Part shown: in pieces, positions 41,411 to 50,195 of the stretch
Position numbering within the stretch: position 1 is the stretch's first letter
Layout of the letters: the number at the start of each line of letters is the position of its first letter
Source: Pseudomonadota bacterium
Lineage (GTDB): Bacteria; Pseudomonadota; Alphaproteobacteria; Sphingomonadales; Sphingomonadaceae
Direction of reading: 5' to 3'
DNA: 64,000 bases
NCBI GenBank assembly: GCA_963205265.1
Contig: CAUJJI010000052.1
Span: 1,266-65,265, forward strand
Position numbers and translations under genes: made by a program
The notes under the pieces: model-generated
What the model was told of the DNA's origin: nothing
What the model saw: the letters and a program-made list of their open reading frames with translations, nothing else
Database searches by the model: none

Positions 41411-42373
41411 ATGGCACTGACGAACATGAAGGTCTTCAATGAGGCCCTTCAAACCACCACGATCGAGACGCTCGGCCAGATGGTCGACAAGTTCAACGCG
41501 GCGTCGCGCGGATCGATCATCCTGACCACCGAAGGATTCCAGGGCGACTTCCGCCTGGAGAACCAGTGGCAGGGCCTTCACGCGGCCCAGCGTCGCGTAG
41601 ATCGCTATGCCGCGAACAACGCGGCTGCCGCGACCCCGCTGGTTCAGATCCAGGAAGCCGGCGTCAAAGTGGCCGGGGGCTTCGGTCCGACGCTCTGGGA
41701 GCCCGGCCAAATGGCCTGGGTGAACAAGAGCCCCGAAGAGGCCGTCGAGGTCATCTCCCGGAATCTGGCCGAGGCAATCCTTCAGGACCAGCTCAACACC
41801 ATCATCGCGGCCCTGATTGCTGCCATCGAGGCCCGCGGCACGCTGACGACCTTCGACCAGGGGGCCGGACCGATCACGTACGCGGGCATGAACCAGGCGC
41901 ACGCGAAGTTCGGCGACCGCTCGGGTGCCATCATCGCCAACGTGATGGATGGCGTCAGCTACCACGGGCTGATCGGGCAGAACATCACCAATGCCAACAA
42001 CCTGTTCAAGTCCGACGGCGTGACCATCGTCGACATCCTCGGGCGGCCGACCATTGTCACCGATGCCCCGGCGCTACGCGAGAGCGGTGTGGGCGCGGAC
42101 GCCAAGGCTCTTGGCCTCGTTGCTGGCGCCGGCGTCGTTTACGACGGGAGCGAGCTTATCGTCAACGTCCAGACGACCAACGGCAAAGAGCGCATCGAGA
42201 CCACGATGCAGGCCGACTACGACTTCGGCATCACCGTGAAGGGTTACGGCTGGAACGTCGGCACTGGCGGGAAATCCCCGACGGACGCCGAGATCTCGAC
42301 CGGCGCCAACTGGGACAAGATCGCCACCTCGGTCAAGCACACCGCCGGCGTGCTGGTCCTGGCGGATATCTGA
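41411..42373 (+). CDS. major capsid protein (320 aa)
   Basis: AAGGAAA SD. The position after the scaffold gene, the size and the composition are typical. The overlapping 346-aa track ORF was rejected. Confidence 0.8.
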   Translation: MALTNMKVFNEALQTTTIETLGQMVDKFNAASRGSIILTTEGFQGDFRLENQWQGLHAAQRRVDRYAANNAAAATPLVQIQEAGVKVAGGFGPTLWEPGQMAWVNKSPEEAVEVISRNLAEAILQDQLNTIIAALIAAIEARGTLTTFDQGAGPITYAGMNQAHAKFGDRSGAIIANVMDGVSYHGLIGQNITNANNLFKSDGVTIVDILGRPTIVTDAPALRESGVGADAKALGLVAGAGVVYDGSELIVNVQTTNGKERIETTMQADYDFGITVKGYGWNVGTGGKSPTDAEISTGANWDKIATSVKHTAGVLVLADI

Positions 42374-42606
42374 TGGCGACGCAGCGGGGAAAGAACGCCC
42401 CACAGATCGAGGATCGTATGGAAGACCAGCCGAAGGAAGACCCGCCAGTCGATGATCCGGCCGCGCAAGCCCCGGACGAGGTCCGGATCGTCGTGCTCAA
42501 AGAGACGCACATCGGCGGCCAGCCCGTCGAAGTCGGCGAAGAGTTGACGGTCAAGCGCCAGGACGTCGCCAAGCTGCTCAAGCATAGGATGGTGCAGGAG
42601 GCCTGA
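42373..42606 (+). CDS. small acidic head-associated protein (77 aa)
   Basis: TGATG overlap with the capsid stop. MATQRGKNAPQIEDRMEDQPKEDPPVDDPAAQAPDEVRIVVLKE. Confidence 0.5.
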   Translation: MATQRGKNAPQIEDRMEDQPKEDPPVDDPAAQAPDEVRIVVLKETHIGGQPVEVGEELTVKRQDVAKLLKHRMVQEA

Positions 42607-43064
42607 TGCTCGTCGTCGAGGACGGATCCGGCCTGGAAGACGCAGAGGCCTATGCCTCCGTCGCCCAGGCCAACGCCTATCACTCGGCGATGGACAATTC
42701 CTGGACCGGAACCGACGACGCGAAGGAAGCAGCCCTTCGCCGGGCCACGCAGTACATCGACACGAACTACCGGTTCAAGTCGGAGCCCGTCTCCGACAGC
42801 CAGGCGCTGGAATGGCCTCGGTCCGGCTACTCGTGGCCTGAGAGGTCGGTGGTCAAGGCCACGATGGAGCTTGCAGCCAAGGCGATCGTCGGCGATCTCT
42901 ACGCCGATGTCGAAGCCTCTGCCGTGCAGTCCGAGACTGTCGGTCCGATTTCGGTTACCTATGCCGCTCGTCTGAATGGTGGCCAGAAGCGCTTCACCGT
43001 GGCCGACAAGCTGCTGGCCGGCCTCGTGTATGGGCAGGGGCAGGCGAGGGTGGTGAGGGCCTGA
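42606..43064 (+). CDS. head-tail connector/adaptor (gp6 or DnaT-like family) (152 aa)
   Basis: EDAEAYASVAQANAYHSAMDNSWTGTDDAKEAALRRATQYIDTNYRF pattern. Confidence 0.6.
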   Translation: MLVVEDGSGLEDAEAYASVAQANAYHSAMDNSWTGTDDAKEAALRRATQYIDTNYRFKSEPVSDSQALEWPRSGYSWPERSVVKATMELAAKAIVGDLYADVEASAVQSETVGPISVTYAARLNGGQKRFTVADKLLAGLVYGQGQARVVRA

Positions 43065-43408
43065 TGTACCTGCGCCTTGCCGAGACTGCTCGACGGCTGA
43101 TCGAGAAGTTCGGCGGGCCGATGACCTTGCAGGTGGTCAATCAATCGGCCTACGACCCGGCGACCGGCACAGCCGCGCTGCCGGCCAGCAACCATCAGTT
43201 CGTCGGCGTCAAGCTGGACTACCAGCAGCGAGAGATCGACGGCAAGCTCGTCTTGGTTGGGGACCAGAAGGTCTACATGCCGGCGGCGCTCAGCCCGAAG
43301 TTCGGCGACCTGATCTTGGTTGACGGTTCGGTCTTCAAGGTCATTCGATCCAAGCCTCTGGCGCCTGGTGGTGTTCTGGTCTTCAGCGAGATTCAGGTGC
43401 GCGGATGA
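43064..43408 (+). CDS. head-tail joining protein (114 aa)
   Basis: Assigned by position; overlapping start. Confidence 0.5.
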   Translation: MYLRLAETARRLIEKFGGPMTLQVVNQSAYDPATGTAALPASNHQFVGVKLDYQQREIDGKLVLVGDQKVYMPAALSPKFGDLILVDGSVFKVIRSKPLAPGGVLVFSEIQVRG

Positions 43409-43794
43409 GCTTTGTTTCCGATCTCGACAAGTTCGCGAAGACCTTCAACGCGAACACCGAGATGGTCACGAAGAAGGTCGCCATCGAGATCGGCAACAGC
43501 CTCGTTCAGATGTCACCGGTCGACACCGGCCGCTTCAGGGCCAACTGGCAGCACGGGTATGGCGTACCCAACCTCGCCACAACCGAGCAAACGGACAAGG
43601 GCGATGCGACATCAGGTCGTCTGGAAGCTTCGATCCTCTCGGGCTACGGCGATGTCACCTATATCACGAACTCGCTCCCGTACGCCAAGCGCCTGGAGGA
43701 TGGCTGGTCCAAACAGGCGCCCAGCGGCATGGTCCGAATCACCGCGGCTCGCTTCCAGCAGTTCGTGAAGCTCGCCGTGACGGGGCTTGAATGA
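43405..43794 (+). CDS. HK97 gp10-family neck/tail-completion protein (129 aa)
   Basis: SPVDTGRFRANW motif. Confidence 0.65.
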   Translation: MSFVSDLDKFAKTFNANTEMVTKKVAIEIGNSLVQMSPVDTGRFRANWQHGYGVPNLATTEQTDKGDATSGRLEASILSGYGDVTYITNSLPYAKRLEDGWSKQAPSGMVRITAARFQQFVKLAVTGLE

Positions 43795-44198
43795 GCCAGG
43801 CCAAGGTCCGGGCTCTGCTGGAAGGGCGCCTAAAGACCTGGGCCGAAGCTCAGGGCCTGGCGGTTCACTGGCAGAACGTCATGCTGCCGCAGCCAGCCGG
43901 AACGTACCTGCAGTGCTTCCTGCTGCCGGCGCCCACCGTGAGCGAGGATCTTCTGGGGGCGCATCGGTCGTTCACTGGCGTCTTCCAGATCTCCGTTGTC
44001 ATCGAGCGCGGCCTAGGCCCGGGGCCGGGGGAGTCTATCGCCGAATCCCTCTCGGCCCTGTTCCCGAACAACCTGCGGCTTACGGGCCCCGGGCTCACCG
44101 TGCAAGTCATCTCGCCCGTCTCCTGTGGTCGGTCCGAGCAAGAGCCGGACTGCTACTACCTGCCGGTCAGTTTCGCCTACAGGGCTGACCTGATCTAG
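43791..44198 (+). CDS. tail terminator-like protein (135 aa)
   Basis: Located immediately before the tail tube gene; a DUF4128/gpU-like position. Confidence 0.5.
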   Translation: MSQAKVRALLEGRLKTWAEAQGLAVHWQNVMLPQPAGTYLQCFLLPAPTVSEDLLGAHRSFTGVFQISVVIERGLGPGPGESIAESLSALFPNNLRLTGPGLTVQVISPVSCGRSEQEPDCYYLPVSFAYRADLI

Positions 44199-44241
44199 GC
44201 CCGACGGGCCAACCGCACAACCGCCTTCGGGCGGTTTTTTT
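44198..44241 (+). terminator. intrinsic terminator (double hairpin)
   Basis: GGCCCGACGGGCC, then CCGCC-TTCG-GGCGG followed by TTTTTTT. Confidence 0.7.
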
Positions 44242-44277
44242 CGCTTCTGGCGCTCAGGCGCCTCTGTCGAAGGGTCG

Positions 44278-44946
44278 TTGACCCTCGAAGGAACTATCAT
44301 CGCTGTTTCGCTACCAAACGGTTCTCTGGTCGCTATCGCGTCCGGCTATGGCACGCCGGTCGCCATCTCGGCGATCTCCAACGCCAACCCTGGCGTCGCG
44401 ACCGCTGCCTCCCATGGCTTCGTGGACGGCGACTACGTCGAAGTCACCTCGGGTTGGTCTAAGCTGACCGACCGCGTTGTCCGCGTCGACGGGTCTGCCT
44501 CTGGCGTCTTCGACCTGGAAGGCATCGACACCACCAAGACGAACCTGTTCCCCGTCGGCGGTGGTGCAGGGTCGGCACGGAAGGTCACCGGCTGGACGCA
44601 GCTGGCGCAGATCACCGGATCCACGTCCAGCGGTGGCGAGCAGAACTTCCTGAACTACCAGTTCCTCGAGGCCGACTCCGAGAAGCGGATCCCGACGACC
44701 AAGACGGCCGCCGGCATCGAGTTCACGGTGGCCGACGACCCGACCCTCCCGGGCTATATCCTGGCGAAGGAAGCGAACGACGACCGAGTGCCTCGCGCTG
44801 TCCGGGTGACGCTGTCCAACGGCGGGATCCTGCTCTACAACGCCTACATCAGCCTGAGCGTCATCCCGTCCCTAACCGTGAACGAACTCATGACTGTACA
44901 GGTCACGCTGTCGTTCTCCGGTGATCCGGTGCGGTACGCCAGCTGA
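44278..44946 (+). CDS. major tail tube protein (222 aa; non-ATG start uncertain)
   Basis: Located before the chaperone pair. Beta-rich composition with a C-terminal Ig-like segment. Confidence 0.7.
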   Translation: MTLEGTIIAVSLPNGSLVAIASGYGTPVAISAISNANPGVATAASHGFVDGDYVEVTSGWSKLTDRVVRVDGSASGVFDLEGIDTTKTNLFPVGGGAGSARKVTGWTQLAQITGSTSSGGEQNFLNYQFLEADSEKRIPTTKTAAGIEFTVADDPTLPGYILAKEANDDRVPRAVRVTLSNGGILLYNAYISLSVIPSLTVNELMTVQVTLSFSGDPVRYAS

Positions 44947-45260
44947 TGTTCAAGCTCAACCCAGAGCCGACCTTCCGCGCGAAGGTCGAGATTCCCGTTC
45001 CCGGCGCGAAGCCAGAACCGGTCGAGTTCATCTTCCGGCACCGCACGCAGAAGGCGCTGGCGGATTGGATCAAGGCGACGGCGGAGGCCAAGCCAGCCGA
45101 CATCGACTTCATCCTGGAGATCGTCAGCGGCTGGGCAGGAGTCGATGCTGGCTTCGAACGCGAGACCGTCGCGGCACTGCTGGACAACTACCACGGCGCC
45201 GCCGAGGCGATCCGTGATACCTACCTGCGCGAACTGACCTCGGCCCGCCTAAAAAACTGA
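44946..45260 (+). CDS. tail assembly chaperone (gpG-like) (104 aa)
   Basis: Located between the tube and tape measure genes. It ends at a slippery heptamer. Confidence 0.75.
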   Translation: MFKLNPEPTFRAKVEIPVPGAKPEPVEFIFRHRTQKALADWIKATAEAKPADIDFILEIVSGWAGVDAGFERETVAALLDNYHGAAEAIRDTYLRELTSARLKN

Positions 45261-45559
45261 CGGACGTAACTGAGCGGCTCCATCAGGGCCGTCCGGACAG
45301 GGCGGAGCTTGCGCGGTACGGGCTGACCGAGAGCGACTTCGAGGACACCGAGGTCTGGCCCGACAACGTCGAGACGCTGAACGTCTACTGCGCGATGAAC
45401 ACCCAGTGGCGGGCCGGCGCCGGCGGGTTGATTGGCCTGGACTACGGCGCTCTTCCTGTGGTCATGAGGTTCGTCGGCGTCAAGAGAGACCGATGGACGG
45501 ATGTCTTTGAGGGCATCCGTCTGATGGAAGCAACCCACCTGAAGCTGCTCAGACGATGA
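44946..45559 (+). CDS. tail assembly chaperone fusion (gpGT-like) made by -1 programmed frameshift
   Basis: The -1 frame from A AAA AAC (45251-45257) is open to the TGA at 45557-45559. It encodes ...FEDTEVWPDNVETLNVYCAMNTQWRAGAGGLIGLDYGALPVVMRF, which is DUF1799-like. Confidence 0.7.
45251..45257 (+). promoter_or_regulatory. -1 ribosomal frameshift slippery heptamer A AAA AAC
   Basis: X XXY YYZ heptamer 1 nt before the gpG-like stop. Confidence 0.7.
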
Positions 45560-48210
45560 ACGTAGCGTCGCTTGGAATCAAGATCGATTCCTCCGACGCC
45601 CGACGTGCGTCCACTGAACTCGACAAGCTGACTGGCGCCGGCCGGGGCGCCGAGCGCGCCGTGGAGCGAATCGGGAGCGCAGGGCGCGCGGCTGCGGATG
45701 GACTGAACAACGTCGAGCGCGCGGCGGCGTCTCTCAATCGAGCCACGAAGGCGATGTCCCGGCTTGTTCCGGCGCTCGGCTTGGCCGAAGTGGCCCGTCA
45801 GGCCATCCAAGCGAGCGATGCCTACAGCGGCATGACCGCCAGGCTATCGCTCGTGACTGATGGCGCCGGTCAACTCGCCCTCGTCCAGAAGGAGCTATAC
45901 GACCTCGCCCAAGAGACCAGGGCTCCGCTAGGCGAAACGGTGGATCTGTACTCCCGGATGGCCCGGGCCACAAAGGACAGCGGCGTCAGTGCCCGCGACC
46001 TCCTGAAGGTCACGGAGATCGTCAACAAGTCCTTGATCGTCTCCGGGACCACGACTGCTCAGGCCTCTGGCGCTCTTCTGCAGCTGAGCCAGGGTTTCTC
46101 CGCCGGCGTGATCCGCGGCGAGGAGTTCAACAGCGTCCTGGAAGGCGCGCCGCGAATCATGCAGGCTATTGCCGACGGCCTCGGCAAGACGGTCGGCGAA
46201 CTGCGCGTGTTCGCCTCGGAGGGCAAGCTGACCGCCGACGTCGCCATCGGCGCGCTACTCAGCCAGCAGGGCAAGCTGAACGAAGAGTTCGCCCGGATGC
46301 CGGCGACGGTAGGCCAAGGCCTACAGCAGGTCTCGAATGCCTTTCTGGCGTTGATCGGTCAGATCGACAAAGCCTCTGGGGCGACAACCGGCCTTGCTCA
46401 TGCCTTGCAGGGCCTGTCCAAGTTTGTCGCCGATCCGGATGACTTCTTCAACGATCTTTTCCCCGAGGCGCGCCTGAAGATCTTCGAGGCAACCATCGGG
46501 AGCATCCAAGGTCGTCTAGCGGAACTACGGGCGCAGAAGGACGAGAACCTACTTCCTCGCGTGCTGGGCGTTGGCAAGACGCTGATCCAGGACATCAAGG
46601 AGGCCGAGTCCGCGCTTGCCCGTGTCATCGAACGACGGGACCGGCTTGCCCGAAAGATTGGCGGCGAAGCGGATACCAAGGGGGCCGACCCGCTGGCCGA
46701 GGGAGACGAACAGGCCAAGCGGCGCGCCGCAGCCCAGCGAGCGTCGTCTGTGTGGGACGGCCTCGCCAAGAAGTACCAGACCGCAGCCGAGAAGCACGCC
46801 GAAGTCGCCAAGCAGATCCGCGAGACGGGTTTGGCCGCCGGCAAGTCCGAAGCCGAGATCAACAAGCTCATTGCCGCCGCGGCTCCAAAGGCCGGGATCG
46901 GTAAGGCTGCGGCCGACGCGGTTCGGCTGCGAAAGGCTGACCTAGCCAGGGACTTGGCCGACATCCAGCGGGCGCTGCGGGGCATGTCCGCCGACTACCG
47001 TAATACGGAATCGCTGCTTGAGGCTTCGCGCGCTGCCGGGTTGATCTCGGAGCGAGAGTACTTCGACGAGCGTATCCGACTGCTCAATCTTACGAGCGAA
47101 GTTGAAGAACAGGCTCTCCAGAAGGAGATCAACCGCCGACGCCAGGAGAAGCTGACCGGCTCCGAACAGGTCGAGAACCTTCGCCACATCGCCGACGCCG
47201 AAGCGGAGCTGGGCCGGAGGCGAGACGACACGTCCGCCCAGGAGAAGGTGCTCCTGATCCAGCAGGGGGCTGCGCTGAAGCGCAACGACCTAGCCTACCA
47301 GCAGGCATCTGCATCGGCCCAGGAGTACTACGACATTCTCGTACAAGGCCAGCAGCGAGAGCTGTCGGCGATGGGCGCCGGTGACCAGGAGCGTCGGCGC
47401 CTCGCCGGCCTGGAGCAGATCGAGGACCGCTACCAACAGCAGCTCTTCGACCTCAGTCGCACCCGGCTTGCTGCCCAGACCGACGATCAGAGGAAGCAGA
47501 TCGATGATCAGGTTGCGCTCGTCCGGTCATTCCGGGATCGCGCCCTCTCGACCTATGACGAGTACTGGTCCTCTGTCTTAGAAAAGCAACAAGATGCCTC
47601 GATTGGTCTGAAGGAGGCGGTCAGCAACTACCTCGACGAGGCGAACAACGCTGCCCTGCAGACCCAGCAAGCCTTCGAGGGCGCATTCAGGGGGCTCGAA
47701 GACCTGTTTGTCGAGGTCGTGAGGACAGGCAAGCTCAACTTCAAGTCTCTTGCCGACTCGATCATCGCCGACGTCGCGCGGATGATGGGCCGCCAGGGGA
47801 TGTCCCAACTGCTCGGGATGATGGTCGGCGCGGGCGGGGCATCGGGTCCTCAGGAGCTTGGCCTGTGGACGACAGGACTGGCCAATGCCAAGGGCAACGC
47901 CTTTGCCCCTAGCGGACTGGTTCGGTTCGAGAAGGGCGGGGTGGTGGCCACGCCCACGTTGTTCAGGTTCGCCAACGGCGCCGGGTTCTCTCCGGGGCTC
48001 ATGGGGGAGGCGGGACCGGAGGCGATCATGCCTCTCAAGCGGGGGCGTGACGGAAAGCTCGGGGTCCAGGGCGCCGGATCGACGGTGACCGTGACCAACC
48101 ACATTGCCGTCGGCTCGAACGATCCCAACGAGGTCAGGCGGGCCATGAAGGCCAGCCAGCAAGCTACGGTCGCGCAGATCTCGGACATGCTGGTGCGTGG
48201 ACAGCTCTGA
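45556..48210 (+). CDS. tape measure protein (884 aa)
   Basis: Length, helical repeats, the conserved LMGEAGPEAIMPL motif, and the position. Confidence 0.9.
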   Translation: MNVASLGIKIDSSDARRASTELDKLTGAGRGAERAVERIGSAGRAAADGLNNVERAAASLNRATKAMSRLVPALGLAEVARQAIQASDAYSGMTARLSLVTDGAGQLALVQKELYDLAQETRAPLGETVDLYSRMARATKDSGVSARDLLKVTEIVNKSLIVSGTTTAQASGALLQLSQGFSAGVIRGEEFNSVLEGAPRIMQAIADGLGKTVGELRVFASEGKLTADVAIGALLSQQGKLNEEFARMPATVGQGLQQVSNAFLALIGQIDKASGATTGLAHALQGLSKFVADPDDFFNDLFPEARLKIFEATIGSIQGRLAELRAQKDENLLPRVLGVGKTLIQDIKEAESALARVIERRDRLARKIGGEADTKGADPLAEGDEQAKRRAAAQRASSVWDGLAKKYQTAAEKHAEVAKQIRETGLAAGKSEAEINKLIAAAAPKAGIGKAAADAVRLRKADLARDLADIQRALRGMSADYRNTESLLEASRAAGLISEREYFDERIRLLNLTSEVEEQALQKEINRRRQEKLTGSEQVENLRHIADAEAELGRRRDDTSAQEKVLLIQQGAALKRNDLAYQQASASAQEYYDILVQGQQRELSAMGAGDQERRRLAGLEQIEDRYQQQLFDLSRTRLAAQTDDQRKQIDDQVALVRSFRDRALSTYDEYWSSVLEKQQDASIGLKEAVSNYLDEANNAALQTQQAFEGAFRGLEDLFVEVVRTGKLNFKSLADSIIADVARMMGRQGMSQLLGMMVGAGGASGPQELGLWTTGLANAKGNAFAPSGLVRFEKGGVVATPTLFRFANGAGFSPGLMGEAGPEAIMPLKRGRDGKLGVQGAGSTVTVTNHIAVGSNDPNEVRRAMKASQQATVAQISDMLVRGQL

Positions 48211-48818
48211 TGGCGGACTACGTCTGGCCGGTAGACGATCCCCGGTTCAAGGTCGAGTCGTTCGCCATGGGCATCCAGCCCTTCGTTCAGGTCGCGCCGT
48301 CGAACTTCGGTGGCGGGATCGTGACGTCGGAGATCCCCGGGGCTCGGTGGGTTGCCGAGGTCGCGATGCCGGACACCGCGAAGGCCCAGGGGCATCAGCA
48401 GCCGATCGAAGCGCTCCTGGCCATGATCCGCGGGCCGGCCAATCGGCTGATCATGGGTCACCTCGGGCATCGCTTCCCGGCGGGAACGCTTTCTGGGACT
48501 GTTCTGTCCGGTGGCGCGCTCCAGGGCGCGCTGACGATGACACTGATCGGCACAGGGAAGCCAGCTCCGGGCGACATGCTCACCGTGATCACGGCCGACG
48601 GCAACCAGTGGGTCATGGTCACCAGGGCCGTCGAGGCCCCCGGGGGGTCCGACATCTGGTTCTCGCCACCTCTGCGGGAGGCGGTGGCGGCATCCAGCGT
48701 GGTTACGTACCTGAACACAACGACGCGCTGGATCATCCTGCCCGCTCCGGTTCTCGTGGAGTACCGGTTTGCCGTCAACACCGGCGTGTCGTTCCGTCTC
48801 ATCGAGGTCTGGAATTGA
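48210..48818 (+). CDS. minor tail protein (distal tail position) (202 aa)
   Basis: ATGA-type coupling to the tape measure gene; assigned by position. Confidence 0.6.
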   Translation: MADYVWPVDDPRFKVESFAMGIQPFVQVAPSNFGGGIVTSEIPGARWVAEVAMPDTAKAQGHQQPIEALLAMIRGPANRLIMGHLGHRFPAGTLSGTVLSGGALQGALTMTLIGTGKPAPGDMLTVITADGNQWVMVTRAVEAPGGSDIWFSPPLREAVAASSVVTYLNTTTRWIILPAPVLVEYRFAVNTGVSFRLIEVWN

Positions 48819-49213
48819 TCGACTACGGGCCGGCTGACGTCCTGCTCGATGAAGACAGGCTAATCCACTGCCACCTCATCGAGATCGAGACGCCGGTTTC
48901 GGTGATGCGCTTCAACACCACGGGTTGGCGGCTCGACTGGGATGGCAAGACCTGGAACCCAGGAGATGGCATCCAAGAGGTCGAGCTTCCCGCCGAGAAC
49001 CCGAACCTGGAAGCGCTCAACTCGAAGATCGTGATACCGGCACTCAATCCAGCCACAACGAGCCTCGCCCTCAGCGTGAACCTTCACGGAAGATACGCGG
49101 CCATCTGGCACGCGGTGTTCGATCCGGATACCTACAGGATTGCCGGCTCTGCCAAGGTTTTTTCTGGCCGGGCCAGCCATCTCTCTCTGAAGACGGCAGC
49201 AGTCAGTGTCTAA
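48815..49213 (+). CDS. minor tail protein (132 aa, TTG start)
   Basis: TTGA overlap. IHCHLIEIETPVSVMRFNTTGWRLDWDGKTWNPGDGI resembles DUF2163-type tail proteins. Confidence 0.5.
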   Translation: MIDYGPADVLLDEDRLIHCHLIEIETPVSVMRFNTTGWRLDWDGKTWNPGDGIQEVELPAENPNLEALNSKIVIPALNPATTSLALSVNLHGRYAAIWHAVFDPDTYRIAGSAKVFSGRASHLSLKTAAVSV

Positions 49214-49538
49214 CCTCTGGTTCCTGGGCTTCGACCCTGACGGCGGGAATAGCTGGGCAGGAGAGGATGATGCCGCAGGCGCCGACTCTCCGCTGCTGAT
49301 CCGGGCTTCTCCGGCAAGGATCAACGTCGGCCAGAGAACTCGGCTAATCGTGGAATCGATTGACCCCTCGCATGAAGGCCGTCAGGTGACGTTGACGCTT
49401 TCCAATCCTTCGGCGATCGCTGTCAGTCTGACAGCGATCCTGGAGCGCGACGCTTTTGGCTCGGTCTCCGCCGCCTTTGAGGTTACTGGACTCCTGAACG
49501 GAGAGTCCACTGAGGTGGTAGCGACGATCAATGGCTAA
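49206..49538 (+). CDS. small Ig-like-domain protein (110 aa)
   Basis: RINVGQRTRLIVESIDPSHEGRQVTLTLSNPSAIAVSLTAILERDAFGSVSAAFEVTGLLNGESTEVVATING resembles a bacterial Ig-like fold. Confidence 0.5.
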   Translation: MSNLWFLGFDPDGGNSWAGEDDAAGADSPLLIRASPARINVGQRTRLIVESIDPSHEGRQVTLTLSNPSAIAVSLTAILERDAFGSVSAAFEVTGLLNGESTEVVATING

Positions 49539-49818
49539 CTTTTCATTCGAAGTCGTTGGGCAGACGGCCGAATCGCGGCCGGTGACCATCACCGTTCAGA
49601 ACCCGCCGGCTCCGACTCCTTACGAGGCCGGAGGATTCATGGCGTGCGAGGTCAACCTGGAGTCAGCATTGTCCCTGGCGATGCGGGCGCGGACCCGGCG
49701 ACTGACGCACGAGGACCAGGTGTCGAGATATCCGGACGACGAGGGATTCCTGCACGCCGACGGTCTTGAAGGCCGCGAGTTCGTGTTCTTCACGAAAGAA
49801 AAGCAGAAGCGGGGATGA
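49531..49818 (+). CDS. hypothetical tail-module protein (95 aa)
   Basis: ORF track. Confidence 0.45.
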   Translation: MANFSFEVVGQTAESRPVTITVQNPPAPTPYEAGGFMACEVNLESALSLAMRARTRRLTHEDQVSRYPDDEGFLHADGLEGREFVFFTKEKQKRG

Positions 49819-50195
49819 GGCATCCGGATTGGCCGTTGAGACTCGTCGATTTCATCGAATCACGGCGGAACTCTCCGTTCGTCTGGGGGTCTAACGACTG
49901 CCTGTGCTTCGCGGCCGATGCCCTGATCGCTATGGGCTGCGATGACATCCTCGCCGGCCGCAGAGGGGGGTGGGCCACCGAGGCAGGGGCCAAAGAGCTT
50001 CTGTCGGCCGAAGGCGGGCTCGAGGCGGCGCTCGACGCGCGCTTTCCGCGCGCCGCGGCGCCGAAGCGCGGAGATATCGGGGTGCTGGATGACATGACTG
50101 TGGGGCTTGTCTATCCGCCGCACGTCATTGTTCCTGGCGAGCAGCACATCCGCATGATCCGAGCGCGGGCCTGCAGAGCATTCTGGTCGACCTGA
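49815..50195 (+). CDS. NlpC/P60-like tail-associated peptidase (126 aa)
   Basis: FVWGSNDCLCFAADA catalytic-Cys context. It sits before the J-like gene, as in lambda gpK and GTA gp14. Confidence 0.55.
   Translation: MRHPDWPLRLVDFIESRRNSPFVWGSNDCLCFAADALIAMGCDDILAGRRGGWATEAGAKELLSAEGGLEAALDARFPRAAAPKRGDIGVLDDMTVGLVYPPHVIVPGEQHIRMIRARACRAFWST

Noticed and set aside
41566-42606. 346-aa plus-strand ORF overlapping the major capsid gene
   Set aside because: It is an Arg/Gly/Pro-rich alternative frame of the capsid CDS. Only its last 77 codons (42373-42606), downstream of the capsid stop, look like a real gene.
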